The notes: generated from the sequence alone by a model not told the origin. DNA of 64,000 nt from Candidatus Latescibacterota bacterium (GCA_965205975.1 OZ242195.1:3072001-3136000), one strand, 5' to 3'; shown: positions 1 to 9,568, numbered from the stretch's first letter. Made by a program: numbers and translations.

Positions 1-729
1 ATCCCAGCCCCGTCCACCTTCTTGCTTGTCGAGAAAGGTTGACGACATACTCAAGGGCAACAGAATCTCAAAATCCAGACTTGAATTTAGGGGAGGCGTT
101 TCCACAATGCCCTCTATTTTTACAGGGACCACTGCTTTTTTTGTCGGGTTAAAAGATAAAGACAATTTCGGAGGTGGTTGTATCCATAACACTTGACCTA
201 CTAAATTGCCAATATTGTTGGAAAGCGTCTGAGCGAATGCGCGTGTTATTGCGACTTGCCCTGGACGTGAGAGGAATGTACCATGAATAAGCGGGAATGA
301 AAAAATCTCCACGAAACTCCTATCTACCAACACGACCTTATCTATATCTCTCAGAAAATCTTTGTGAGTACCTACGTGCCAAATTCTCATATCAGGATGG
401 GAAAAGGCACCAAGTATACGGGTTGTGGCCTCGATCTCAGGAATCTCGGCAGACATCGCCGATGCCAATGAAACTGGAAAACTGGTAGGCTCAGCTCCTG
501 TGCCCGCCAGAGGACCCATACCTATTTGTCTGAACTTTGCCTTCCCAGTAATGCGGTATATGCGATGATGGTCTTTGTGGAACTTATCAAAGCTCCAATC
601 ATACAGGACGTAAAGCACGCAAAGATAGGTGCAGGCAATCCCTATCCCCAAACCCAGCAGGTTAATGGCGGCATACGTTTTATATTTGAGAGCATTGCGA
701 AACCAGGTTCGGAAATAATTGAAAAGCAT
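1..729 (-). CDS. FtsX/MacB-type ABC transporter permease, N-terminal part (runs off window); paralog of 2649-5129
   Basis: Manual translation from ATG at 729: MLFNYFRTWFRNALKYKTYAAINLLGLGIGIACTYLCVLYVLYDWSFDKFH..., open to position 1 and collinear with the 826-aa permease; absent from the ORF track because no stop is in the window. Confidence 0.9.
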   Translation of the reverse strand, partial: MLFNYFRTWFRNALKYKTYAAINLLGLGIGIACTYLCVLYVLYDWSFDKFHKDHHRIYRITGKAKFRQIGMGPLAGTGAEPTSFPVSLASAMSAEIPEIEATTRILGAFSHPDMRIWHVGTHKDFLRDIDKVVLVDRSFVEIFSFPLIHGTFLSRPGQVAITRAFAQTLSNNIGNLVGQVLWIQPPPKLSLSFNPTKKAVVPVKIEGIVETPPLNSSLDFEILLPLSMSSTFLDKQEGGRGWD

Positions 730-779
730 TGGTTACCCTTGGCAATCAAGAGACGCTTGATCTCAGCTAACTTTCGCCA

Positions 780-1874
780 TTAGCTGGTAGGGGTTTCAGG
801 AGGGCCAATAAGACGATATACCCTGATCCTACCATTCGTATTCTCGTTATCTGTCGGAGATAAATACCTATATACAAACATCCCATAACAATTAAAAACA
901 TCGTTTACACCCAGTTCGTTTTTTATTTTTTCTGCATAAGGCTCTCCACTCGGATCTGATAGAAGTATCAGAGCTGTGCTATTTGATGAATCATTGAATA
1001 GATATCTGAGCAACATATCTCCCGAAGATAAGAGATGCATGCCGTTCAAGCGGCTGAAATTGTGTATATCACTTGCCAATTCTTTCTGAGTTTTGCTATC
1101 GTCCATTTTAAAGCGAATAAACTTAGGCTGACTCATGGTAATGGGCTTAAGAAAACGTTGTGTTATCAAATCAATTCGCATAACCTTCTCTTCCCAGGGC
1201 AGGACAAAGTGTATGATTTTTCGCGCTTCGTCATAAGCAAGCCCTTGAAAACGCTGCAACATAAAAAATAGGTCCATGTATTGTGCATCACAGACTTTGA
1301 ACTTTACGATATCTTTACCTGTTTCAAGTGAGGTGACGCAAAGCATACCGTTTTTGTCTTTGTCAACGTAAGTATGAATAAAGTTTTGATCTTCAGAAAC
1401 CATCATGCGATTAATGAAACGTCTCTCCGGCAGTTTCAATTGTCCTAAAAATTCACCTTTGATCGAGAATCGAAGAATCTGCCCGGCTCCCGCATCGTAG
1501 ATCAGCATTTGGTCGGTATTCGGTATCATTGTTGGCTCTCGCGGTATCTTGTACTGGCCTTCCATACCCCCTCGGTTGCCGATAGACCACTTGTAGTTAC
1601 CCTCTCTGTCAAAAACTTCGACACTCCTTCTCAAGCCATCTAAAACAATGATATAGTCCTTCACAACTGTGATAGAACTTACTACCCCAAGTCCTGGCCT
1701 CATCTCCGGGAATTCGAGTGTAATCTCGTCAACCAATGAAAGTTGCGTTCCTTGCGCTTGCTTAAGGACGACCTCTTCTTGCTGGTTTTCAACAGCACTT
1801 TTTTCGCAACTTCCAAAGATAAGAAAGAAGAGTGCCATCAATCTCACAGGGGCTAATAACTTTTTTCGATTCAT
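780..1874 (-). CDS. Six-bladed (NHL-like) beta-propeller lipoprotein, module 1
   Basis: Signal peptide with lipobox-like IFGSC; IGNRGGMEGQYKIP blade motif; paralog of 5180-6307. Confidence 0.8.
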   Translation of the reverse strand: MNRKKLLAPVRLMALFFLIFGSCEKSAVENQQEEVVLKQAQGTQLSLVDEITLEFPEMRPGLGVVSSITVVKDYIIVLDGLRRSVEVFDREGNYKWSIGNRGGMEGQYKIPREPTMIPNTDQMLIYDAGAGQILRFSIKGEFLGQLKLPERRFINRMMVSEDQNFIHTYVDKDKNGMLCVTSLETGKDIVKFKVCDAQYMDLFFMLQRFQGLAYDEARKIIHFVLPWEEKVMRIDLITQRFLKPITMSQPKFIRFKMDDSKTQKELASDIHNFSRLNGMHLLSSGDMLLRYLFNDSSNSTALILLSDPSGEPYAEKIKNELGVNDVFNCYGMFVYRYLSPTDNENTNGRIRVYRLIGPPETPTS

Positions 1875-1941
1875 GAGGATAATCCTTTCTTATCGTTGGC
1901 TCGGTGCCCCCAGTCTGTTTACCGAGAACACCAAGCCAATC

Positions 1942-1971
1942 TTGAGCCTATCAAGCTCGGTTGCACACTTT
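1942..1971 (+). promoter_or_regulatory. Conserved motif TTGAGCCTATCAAG-N7-GCACACTTT downstream of peptide gene 1, inverted relative to 2454-2486
   Basis: Near-identical copy at 6375-6404; reverse-complement copies at 2454-2486 and 6711-6743. Confidence 0.6.
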
Positions 1972-2211
1972 TTTCTATGATTAAGATCAGCAATTAAGAG
2001 TACACCTAAAGCTCACTCAGAAGAAAGAAGCCAGTCTAAAGTTCATAGAAAAGAAAAATGATCGAATTCACTTGAGATAGAACTTTTGCCCAGAGATGTG
2101 TGGGTATCTGTCAATCCAGGCGACTTCGATTCTTTTTATGAATTAGCAATACCTTAGACTGAATGATGGGTAGCTAAAGATGCTCTCAAGCATCAGAGAT
2201 TCCAGCGCTAA

Positions 2212-2421
2212 CTAGCCGCACGTAATAGTCTCCTCGTCATTATAGAAAATGTGAAGGCAGCTAGTATCGCACGTCACACTTCCCTCACATTGAATACAAT
2301 CAAAGTAATGTGCTCCGTAAGAGTCTGTAAACCAATAATCAAGGCGGCTTCCACTGCCCTCATATCCATAGATACGCGGAGAAGACAGCCGAGACTGCAC
2401 AGGCTTTGTCAAAGTTTTCAT
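2212..2421 (-). CDS. Putative RiPP precursor peptide 1 (69 aa; leader MKTLTKPV...IYGY, 5-Cys core)
   Basis: Strong SD AAGGAGGTGA; leader shared with 6481-6678 while the core is unrelated. Confidence 0.8.
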   Translation of the reverse strand: MKTLTKPVQSRLSSPRIYGYEGSGSRLDYWFTDSYGAHYFDCIQCEGSVTCDTSCLHIFYNDEETITCG

Positions 2422-2453
2422 AGTATCACCTCCTTTCCTTATTGAGTCAAGTT

Positions 2454-2489
2454 AAAGTGTGCTTGCCCTTACTTGATAGGCTCAAGTAA
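2454..2489 (-). promoter_or_regulatory. Conserved upstream element of peptide 1 with perfect dyad TTACTTGA-TAGGC-TCAAGTAA
   Basis: About 70 bp upstream of the ATG is nearly identical to that upstream of peptide 2 (6679-6750). Confidence 0.6.
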
Positions 2490-2501
2490 AACCATTCTCT
2501 C

Positions 2502-2613
2502 AGGCTCACATTCCCAAATGCTTGAGCTTTGAACTGTTGCCTGCCCGCGCTGTCGCACGGCAGGCAGGTCTGCCGCCAATATTCGACTTGCCAGGGTCTG
2601 TCGGCGGCTTTTT
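2502..2613 (+). ncRNA. Putative structured RNA/repeat, copy 1 (hairpin plus terminator-like hairpin), with a 29-nt palindromic insertion
   Basis: Near-identical to 9925-10008 except for insertion 2540-2568 CCTGCC...GGCAGGCAGG. Confidence 0.45.
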
Positions 2614-2648
2614 ATATTTAAAAATTCGGACAAATAGATAACCGCGTA

Positions 2649-5129
2649 TCAATCCTCCCGCAGGGCATCTATTGGGCTTGCAGAGGCGACCTTCAGCGCG
2701 TGTACGAAGCCACCTAACAAGGGAAGTAGAATGCCTGCGAAAATCGCCGCTAAAATCGTCCCAACCCCGAATTGAAAGCGGTAGGCAAACATCGAGAGCC
2801 AATCATCCATAAAGAAGTAGGAGAGAGGGAGTGCGATGATGGCAGCTATAAATCCGGGTAGTGCGTAGTTCAGCACAATGCCACTGGCTATTTTGGATGG
2901 CACAGCACCCATGACCCTTCGGATGGCGATTTCCTTTCGCCTGCGCGCCACTGCCAGAGAGATCATGCCCAGAGCACCCATTGACGCGATGAGAACCGTG
3001 CACAGGGCTGCGCCAGAGACGATTTTGCTCCAACTAATTTCTCTGGCATAAAATTTTTGTCTGTCATCTTCTACGAAGGAGAACCGCAACAACCCATTGA
3101 TTTTCTGGTCTTTCCAAAGCTGTTCGAGATACGGGACAAATTCATCTGCACGGCCTTCTTCGATACGAACCAATATCTCTCCTAAGCTGGCTCGTTGCAA
3201 AGTCGCATCCGTACCAACGGTGATGATGGTCGGCGCAACCGTGTGGCTCAAGTCTCTAACGTGAAAATCTTTTACCACACCCACAATGCGTCCACTGACA
3301 TCACTCCCAAACACTCGTGATCTTAACTTTTTTTCTGCTGGGCTGATCACCTCTCCAAGAGGCTCTGAAGACGTTAAGTGCTTTAGGAAGGCTTCATTCA
3401 CGATTACATCGCCAGGGATAGGGTTTGGGTATAGCGACTTTCCGTGTAAGAGTTGCAACCCAACGGTATCGAGAAAAGGCCCATCCACTTGATAATAGGT
3501 GACCTCATCAATGAGTTTGCCACTGCTGTCTTTCATCAAAACTGTGTTTGACCATCCGAAGGGCAGATTCGTCCGCACATAGAAGGTCACGAGTGGAGAG
3601 GCTGATAAAGATGCCTGCAGGCGGTTGATCTCATTTTTTTTCAAGCCATCAGTATTGAGTTTGACGAGGTTCGTCGGGTCAAAACCTGGATACGTGGTGA
3701 GGATAAAAAAAGTCTGTTCAAAGATAATAATGGTGCAAAACACGAACACCAACGTCACGCCCGATTGGACTGCCATCAATACCTTTAAGAAAGGACCAGA
3801 CCTGACAGCTTTTGAGGTCTTGCTCAAAACGCTGATGGCAGATATAGATGACATAAAGGTCACCGGATAAAGGGCTGTTCCTATCCCTATCAGACAAGCT
3901 AATATCAAGAGAATAATTGCGGTCTGAAGGGGTGCCACCGAGGACGTGAGTGGGGTCTGTAAAATACCTTCAAGGGGGGGTGATGCTAACTCTGCAACTG
4001 CCAGGCCTATGATGCAAGCCAAAATGCTGTATCCAAAGCCTTCGACCAATAGCTGGTGCGTGAGGTCCTGGCGGTTCGCGCCGAAGACTTGCCTAATGCC
4101 CAATTCTTTGGTGCGTGAATTGAACCGCGCCACGTAGAGCAACACGTAATTCAGACAAGCGACGGACAAAATTAGGATACTCATACCACCGAGAATATAT
4201 CCATATAAGGGACTGGTGATTCGACTCACACCATACACCCGCTGTCGTATCGATCCAGGATTATGGTGCATATCTGTGATGGGTTGAAGCCTGCTTTTAA
4301 AGGTATCTAAATTCCATAATGAGTTAAGAGAAGCCTGCTTTTGGATCAGTCTCGTAAGTTTTCCATCTAATGCCCCGATATCTGATCCATCTGTCAAACG
4401 GATGTAATGTGAGGATTGAAAGCGCCAGTCCCAATCTCCTTCTTCCCTGTCGAGAAAGGTTGCAGACATACTCAATGGCAAAAGTATCTCAAAATCCAGG
4501 CTCGAATTGCGGGGAGGCGTTTCCACAATACCCCCTATTTCAATAGGGGCTACTATAGGTTCCAGGTCTTTAAAGAGACTATGAGAAAATCGCAGCCATA
4601 AGACTTTGCCAATCAAACTGTCAGTATCATTGGCCAGTGTTCGAGCGAATCTGCGCGTGATCACGACTTGCTCTGGTCGAGCCAAGAAAGTTCCGCGGAT
4701 AAGCGGAAAAGAGAACATCTCCTCAAAACTTCTATCGACGAACAGTACCTTTTTGATAGGGCGCAGAAAATTTCTGTGGGTACCCACATCCCAATTCGCA
4801 AGGTCACTCGTTACGCGGGTCGTAAGTTCAATCTCTGGAAACTCGGCAGACATCATGGGTGATAGTGCAACAGGAAAAGACATTGTCTCAGTCCCTGTCC
4901 CTGCTTTAGGAGAGCTTCCTATTGTTTCGCTGTACTTTACCTTTCCTGCAACGCGATAGATGCGCTGATGGTTTTCGTGAAATCTATCAAAGCTCCAATC
5001 GTACAGGATGTATAACACACAGAGATAGCAACACGCGATCCCGATTCCCAAACCCAGCAGATTAATCGTTGCATAAGCTCTATACTTGAGGATATTGCGA
5101 AACCATGTTCGGAAATAATTGAAAAGCAT
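2649..5129 (-). CDS. FtsX/MacB-type ABC transporter permease (two periplasmic plus two FtsX domains, no ATPase)
   Basis: INLLGLGIGIAC, RTKELGIRQVFGA, RRKEIAIRRVMGA, PIDALRED motifs; 826 aa. Confidence 0.9.
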   Translation of the reverse strand: MLFNYFRTWFRNILKYRAYATINLLGLGIGIACCYLCVLYILYDWSFDRFHENHQRIYRVAGKVKYSETIGSSPKAGTGTETMSFPVALSPMMSAEFPEIELTTRVTSDLANWDVGTHRNFLRPIKKVLFVDRSFEEMFSFPLIRGTFLARPEQVVITRRFARTLANDTDSLIGKVLWLRFSHSLFKDLEPIVAPIEIGGIVETPPRNSSLDFEILLPLSMSATFLDREEGDWDWRFQSSHYIRLTDGSDIGALDGKLTRLIQKQASLNSLWNLDTFKSRLQPITDMHHNPGSIRQRVYGVSRITSPLYGYILGGMSILILSVACLNYVLLYVARFNSRTKELGIRQVFGANRQDLTHQLLVEGFGYSILACIIGLAVAELASPPLEGILQTPLTSSVAPLQTAIILLILACLIGIGTALYPVTFMSSISAISVLSKTSKAVRSGPFLKVLMAVQSGVTLVFVFCTIIIFEQTFFILTTYPGFDPTNLVKLNTDGLKKNEINRLQASLSASPLVTFYVRTNLPFGWSNTVLMKDSSGKLIDEVTYYQVDGPFLDTVGLQLLHGKSLYPNPIPGDVIVNEAFLKHLTSSEPLGEVISPAEKKLRSRVFGSDVSGRIVGVVKDFHVRDLSHTVAPTIITVGTDATLQRASLGEILVRIEEGRADEFVPYLEQLWKDQKINGLLRFSFVEDDRQKFYAREISWSKIVSGAALCTVLIASMGALGMISLAVARRRKEIAIRRVMGAVPSKIASGIVLNYALPGFIAAIIALPLSYFFMDDWLSMFAYRFQFGVGTILAAIFAGILLPLLGGFVHALKVASASPIDALRED

Positions 5130-5179
5130 TGGTTCTCCTCAGCAATTAGAGGATGCTTGAGCACACCTCACTTTTACCA

Positions 5180-6307
5180 CTATTCGGCAGGGTTTGCAGG
5201 AGCATCAATAAGACGATAAACACGGATATTACCATTCGTATCCTCGTTATCAGAAGGAGGCGAGTACTTATAAACAAGCCTGCCTTGACAAGTAAAAATA
5301 TTTCGTTCCAATTCATTGTTTACTTCTTGTGCAGAAGGTTGCACGCTCAGGTCTGATAGAAGTATAAGCGCGGTACTATTTGAGGGATCCCTAAAATCGT
5401 ACCTGAACAAAATATCTCCCGAAGGGAGGAGATGCATTCCGCTTAATCTACTAAACTTACCAAAGTTAGGTGGAGGGGAGAATAATCCTGTTTTATCATC
5501 ATCTAATTTGAGACTGACGAATTTGGGATGATTTGTGGTTATAGGGGGGAGAAAATCTCGTGTCGCCAGATCAATTCTCATCACTTTATCTTCCCAAGAT
5601 AGGGCAAAATATATGATTTCTCGCGCCTCATCATAAGCAAAGCCGTGAGAACGCTGGAACATAAAAAAAGCCCTCTCGTATTGAGCCTCGCAGACTTTGA
5701 ACTTTGCAAGGTCTTCACCCGTATCAAGGGAGGTAACGTAAAGCATACCGTTTCCTTTTCGGTCACCATAAGGATAAATGAGCTTGCGATCTTCAGAAAC
5801 CACCAGGGGATTAATAAGGCGTCGTTGGGGCAGTTTTAATCGTCCTAAAAATTCACCTTGAACGGAGAAGCGAAGCGTCTGCCCAGTCCCGCCATCGTAG
5901 ATCAGCATTTGTTCGGTATTCGGTATCATCGTTGGCTTGCTCGGTGATTTGTACTGGCCTTCTCCCTCTCCTCGACTGCCAATAGGCCACTTATAGTTGC
6001 CTGCTCTGTCAAAAACTTCGACACAACTTCTTAGAACATCAAAAATAATGATGTAGTCATCCATCACCGCAATTGAGCTTACCATCCCAAGTGCGGGACC
6101 TGTCTCTGGACGTTCGAGTGTAATGCCATCAATTAAAGATAGATGAGCCCCTTGTGTTTGCACTTTGAGGACGATGACATCTTGTCGCGATTGAAAACTC
6201 GCCATCCCATCTTGCTGGTTTTCAACCGCACTTTTTCCGCAACTCCCGCAGATCAGACACAGAAGTGTCAGCCCCCCTACTTGAACCCATAGCTTGTTGC
6301 GAGTCAT
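5180..6307 (-). CDS. Six-bladed (NHL-like) beta-propeller lipoprotein, module 2
   Basis: Lipobox-like ICGSC; IGSRGEGEGQYKSP motif; paralog of 780-1874. Confidence 0.8.
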   Translation of the reverse strand: MTRNKLWVQVGGLTLLCLICGSCGKSAVENQQDGMASFQSRQDVIVLKVQTQGAHLSLIDGITLERPETGPALGMVSSIAVMDDYIIIFDVLRSCVEVFDRAGNYKWPIGSRGEGEGQYKSPSKPTMIPNTEQMLIYDGGTGQTLRFSVQGEFLGRLKLPQRRLINPLVVSEDRKLIYPYGDRKGNGMLYVTSLDTGEDLAKFKVCEAQYERAFFMFQRSHGFAYDEAREIIYFALSWEDKVMRIDLATRDFLPPITTNHPKFVSLKLDDDKTGLFSPPPNFGKFSRLSGMHLLPSGDILFRYDFRDPSNSTALILLSDLSVQPSAQEVNNELERNIFTCQGRLVYKYSPPSDNEDTNGNIRVYRLIDAPANPAE

Positions 6308-6374
6308 GACTTATCACCCTTTCCCTATTGTAAAATCAGTGCTCCTGTAATATTTTGAGAGCACTGAGTCAATT

Positions 6375-6404
6375 TTGAGCCTATCAAGCTTGATTGCACA
6401 CTTT
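6375..6404 (+). promoter_or_regulatory. Conserved motif TTGAGCCTATCAAG-N7-GCACACTTT downstream of peptide gene 2
   Basis: Copy of 1942-1971; inverted partner at 6711-6743. Confidence 0.6.
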
Positions 6405-6480
6405 TATTTTTTACTGAACATACTTCATTATGGCAATAAAAAAGATAAAATAGAAGACAGATCTCTTTAAAAGCCAGCCC

Positions 6481-6678
6481 TTATCCCCAAGACCGAGCAC
6501 CAGGAGGAAAGCACTGCAAAACGGAACGCCAAACGAACTGGCACTCATACAAATCAACAGGGTTTCCATCTACAACGCCATCTCCAACGTCTACCCAGGC
6601 AAGTCCAACTCCAAACTCGTATCCATATATAGGCGACGCCATATTCTGAATCTTCACTGGTTTGGTCAATGTTTTCAT
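6481..6678 (-). CDS. Putative RiPP precursor peptide 2 (65 aa; leader MKTLTKPV...IYGY, 2-Cys core)
   Basis: SD AAGGAGGTGA; shared leader with 2212-2421. Confidence 0.8.
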   Translation of the reverse strand: MKTLTKPVKIQNMASPIYGYEFGVGLAWVDVGDGVVDGNPVDLYECQFVWRSVLQCFPPGARSWG

Positions 6679-6710
6679 AATATCACCTCCTTTCCTTATT
6701 GCGTCAAATC

Positions 6711-6746
6711 AAAGTGTGCTTGTCCTTACTTGATAGGCTCAAGTAA
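6711..6746 (-). promoter_or_regulatory. Conserved upstream element of peptide 2 with dyad TTACTTGA-TAGGC-TCAAGTAA
   Basis: Same as 2454-2489. Confidence 0.6.
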
Positions 6747-6766
6747 AACCGTTCTGTTCTTAAATA

Positions 6767-7489
6767 TCAATAAATAAATGTAGATAAAGGATCTATATCA
6801 AAATCTTTGGCAATAATTTGAGAATAGGGCACTCCTTTAAGATGATCGTTCAGAAGTGGTTTTTGCAATCGCAAATGTCTTTGAATCACACCAAAAAAGA
6901 GGACTGTATTTTGAGGGCGATCTTTTGAGGATAGATGACAATGCGTTATGATATTCTTTTCATTGACAACAAAGATAGCCGGGGTGCGATGAGTAAGCAT
7001 TTCATTTTGGAATAGCATGTTCTCCGTATCCGGAAGCAACTCGTAATGGAGGTTAAAACTCCTTTTGTATCTTTTTAACACGCCCGCAGGAGCATTGGCA
7101 AAAGCATAAATTGGAAAGCGTTTTGAGGGATCCTGATTTTGGTACACATGCTCCAGTAACTTTATCTGGGTGATTAGACATGGCTGACAGTCTTGTGGGC
7201 TGAAGACCAGAACCAGTCCTTTTCCTGTTTCGGAAAAGTCTGTTGAAATCCAGTCGCCATTTATGTTCTTCAATTCCAACTTCGGAAATTCCTGTCCTTG
7301 ATAATTGGATGCGTAGGTAGAGGCATTTATATGCTCTTTGTAATCGGCATTCTCTATTCGGAGTTCTCTGATTGTTTTCCAATGACCAGAGTTCGTATTT
7401 CTCAATTTCCATATCCCGAATAACGCAACCAGAAGAAGAACAGATAACAGGATATTCAAAATCAGCGACATTTTCCGAATTTCTTGCAT
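6767..7489 (-). CDS. Membrane-anchored redoxin/AhpC-TSA (thioredoxin-fold) protein
   Basis: N-terminal TM helix; FPKLELKNING, VFSPQDCQPC (CxxC), TPAIFVVN cis-Pro motif. Confidence 0.75.
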   Translation of the reverse strand: MQEIRKMSLILNILLSVLLLVALFGIWKLRNTNSGHWKTIRELRIENADYKEHINASTYASNYQGQEFPKLELKNINGDWISTDFSETGKGLVLVFSPQDCQPCLITQIKLLEHVYQNQDPSKRFPIYAFANAPAGVLKRYKRSFNLHYELLPDTENMLFQNEMLTHRTPAIFVVNEKNIITHCHLSSKDRPQNTVLFFGVIQRHLRLQKPLLNDHLKGVPYSQIIAKDFDIDPLSTFIY

Positions 7490-7632
7490 TTACTTTCTCC
7501 CCATCACCAAAAGCAACCACAGATAAACCGATGAACACGGATGGTTGCAGGTTTAGGACCTGCACTGGAGGCCATAATTCAGTGCTACGCTTGTCTCAAA
7601 TGCGGGCAACCACGAGGGTTGCCCCTACGATT

Positions 7633-9534
7633 TCAAAAAAAATCAACAACAACATCGGCCATCTTTTTACGTCCTTCGGCACTAATTATCTCAGTCGCCG
7701 GAATGCGATGTGTTGATTCCAAGTTCAATATCGTTTGACAGATTTCCTCTCTACAAAGCGGTTGACTCACGACTGTGTTGACCGTGTGATTTACAATTTT
7801 TTTCTTATCGCTAAAAACGAGCAGAATAACTTTTCCTTTTCCCAGGCTCTCTAAAACTCGGATATTTTCCTGTATAAATTCAGGCTCGTCGATAGAATTA
7901 ACGAGCAAGACATAAGCATCGGGAACGGTTCCAAAAAGCAAGATCAATGAGGGCAAAGTGTAACTCTGAGATTTTTCGTAAAAGTTATGAGGTATGATAC
8001 CGGACTGGCCACCAACGACGATGATATCCGGGTCTGATTGTTCGATACCGACCATAGCGGAATTTAGAAGTGGAATGTGCAAATCCATGGGAATCTGGAT
8101 GCTCTGATGCCCGTCATATCCATTTGGAAATGTAAAATCGAAATCAAATAATGCAGATTGGTGTTCTGTACCCAATTGACCAACTTTATAGCCAATTTTC
8201 TGTAATTGTTTTCTGAGTGCCAATTGAGCAGTGAACTTTCCTTGCTGCGGTCCTGTTCCAAACACGCCCAAGACAGGTTTCTGGCTTCTGCTTCTCCAAT
8301 CATAAGTTTTGGTCAAAGCCTCATAAGTTGCAAAATCTATGGTCGGTGCTGCATAATGCAGATGTTTTTCTTCAAATGCTTTGCTTATGCTTTCGTATTG
8401 CTTATTTGCAATGGGGCTCAGACTATACACATTCTTGTTATGCTTCAATGCCAATTCCAAAGATTCTTGTAACACATCGCGTTTCTTAATCCGGCTAATT
8501 TCATCCAAATAGCCCAGAACGAGCGTATCGCCGTATTGCAGACAATCTTCCAAATTTTGTTGTATGATCAAATTAGATTCGGACCCCCCAATAACCTCCC
8601 CACAATCTTTGCCTATGGTTCTTTTTCCAATAACATCAACTACCCTTGTAATTCTAAACGGCAATAACTCCCGAAACCGCACCAACCCATGCATTTCTTT
8701 GTTATAGGGGAAAATAACAGCCTCGTCTATCCAGCTTGGCGCGTTTGCCTTATTGAGATCGCGGATAGAAACATCTGAGCGAGATCTGGGCATCCCGCTC
8801 ATCGCATAAGTGCTACTATCTACCAGGTCGGGACATTGACTTAAGGAATGTCTCTGCAAAATTTCTGTCAGATCGTTGAACGAGATACAACCATATTTCT
8901 CTATGATCAGAGCAATCAAGCCGGAAATATGCGGAGCCGCAAAGCTCGATCCCCCAATAAATATCTGTTTGCCTTCCAGCCAATTTAGGCGTTGACGATC
9001 ACCCCGTGCGACAAACTGTATTTTTTCGTGCGGGTCATAAAAGTAATCAAACTTGCCATTAACTTTTCCTCCTGCTACGCCAAAGACATTGGGAAAAGAC
9101 GCGGGAATACTCGGTTGTCCATCATTTGATGTCGCAGCAACAATGAACGTCTGGTGTTTGTGTGCAAAATCACAGGCCTCCTTCAAAACATCGCTATCTC
9201 TCTCATCCAGAGTACCTAAACTCAAATTGACAATGTGACAGTGATGTTCAACACACCAGTAAATCGCCTTGCACAAAATGTCCATTTTCGTTATCAGTTC
9301 TGACTTAAAAATTTTGACAGGCAAAAATTCAGTATTTGGAGCTTTGGAGTGGATGACGCCAATACAGGCTGTGCCGTGGCCTATCATATCTTGGTAATTT
9401 GAATCTTGATCGCCATTACAGAAACTGGTACCATTCAACACATGCACATTTTTTTTACCCGTATTAAAACCGCTATCAATCACGCCTACCCGGGTACCTG
9501 TACCTGTCAACCCAGAAAAAAAATGCTCCATCAA
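7633..9534 (-). CDS. S8 (subtilase) serine peptidase fused to a DUF1611/TIGR04066-like P-loop peptide-maturation domain
   Basis: Triad motifs VIDSG, GHGTAC, GSSFAAPH; C-terminal part with IFPYNKE, GKDCGE, VFGTGPQQGKFTAQLALR, PDIIVVG. Confidence 0.8.
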   Translation of the reverse strand: MMEHFFSGLTGTGTRVGVIDSGFNTGKKNVHVLNGTSFCNGDQDSNYQDMIGHGTACIGVIHSKAPNTEFLPVKIFKSELITKMDILCKAIYWCVEHHCHIVNLSLGTLDERDSDVLKEACDFAHKHQTFIVAATSNDGQPSIPASFPNVFGVAGGKVNGKFDYFYDPHEKIQFVARGDRQRLNWLEGKQIFIGGSSFAAPHISGLIALIIEKYGCISFNDLTEILQRHSLSQCPDLVDSSTYAMSGMPRSRSDVSIRDLNKANAPSWIDEAVIFPYNKEMHGLVRFRELLPFRITRVVDVIGKRTIGKDCGEVIGGSESNLIIQQNLEDCLQYGDTLVLGYLDEISRIKKRDVLQESLELALKHNKNVYSLSPIANKQYESISKAFEEKHLHYAAPTIDFATYEALTKTYDWRSRSQKPVLGVFGTGPQQGKFTAQLALRKQLQKIGYKVGQLGTEHQSALFDFDFTFPNGYDGHQSIQIPMDLHIPLLNSAMVGIEQSDPDIIVVGGQSGIIPHNFYEKSQSYTLPSLILLFGTVPDAYVLLVNSIDEPEFIQENIRVLESLGKGKVILLVFSDKKKIVNHTVNTVVSQPLCREEICQTILNLESTHRIPATEIISAEGRKKMADVVVDFF

Positions 9535-9568
9535 AAACCTCTCGCAGTGTTTAGTTCATAACGTTGAT

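Noticed and set aside
2473..2485. Fnr/Crp box
   Set aside because: TTGATAGGCTCAA is 13 bp, one short of TTGAT-N4-ATCAA, and the asymmetric centre is itself conserved
2506..2802. 98-aa minus-strand ORF as an extra precursor
   Set aside because: Overlaps the permease 3' end out of frame and runs through the structured repeat; no leader similarity or SD
7053..7565. 170-aa minus-strand ORF
   Set aside because: Out-of-frame overlap with the redoxin gene; its 5' part is a dispersed repeat
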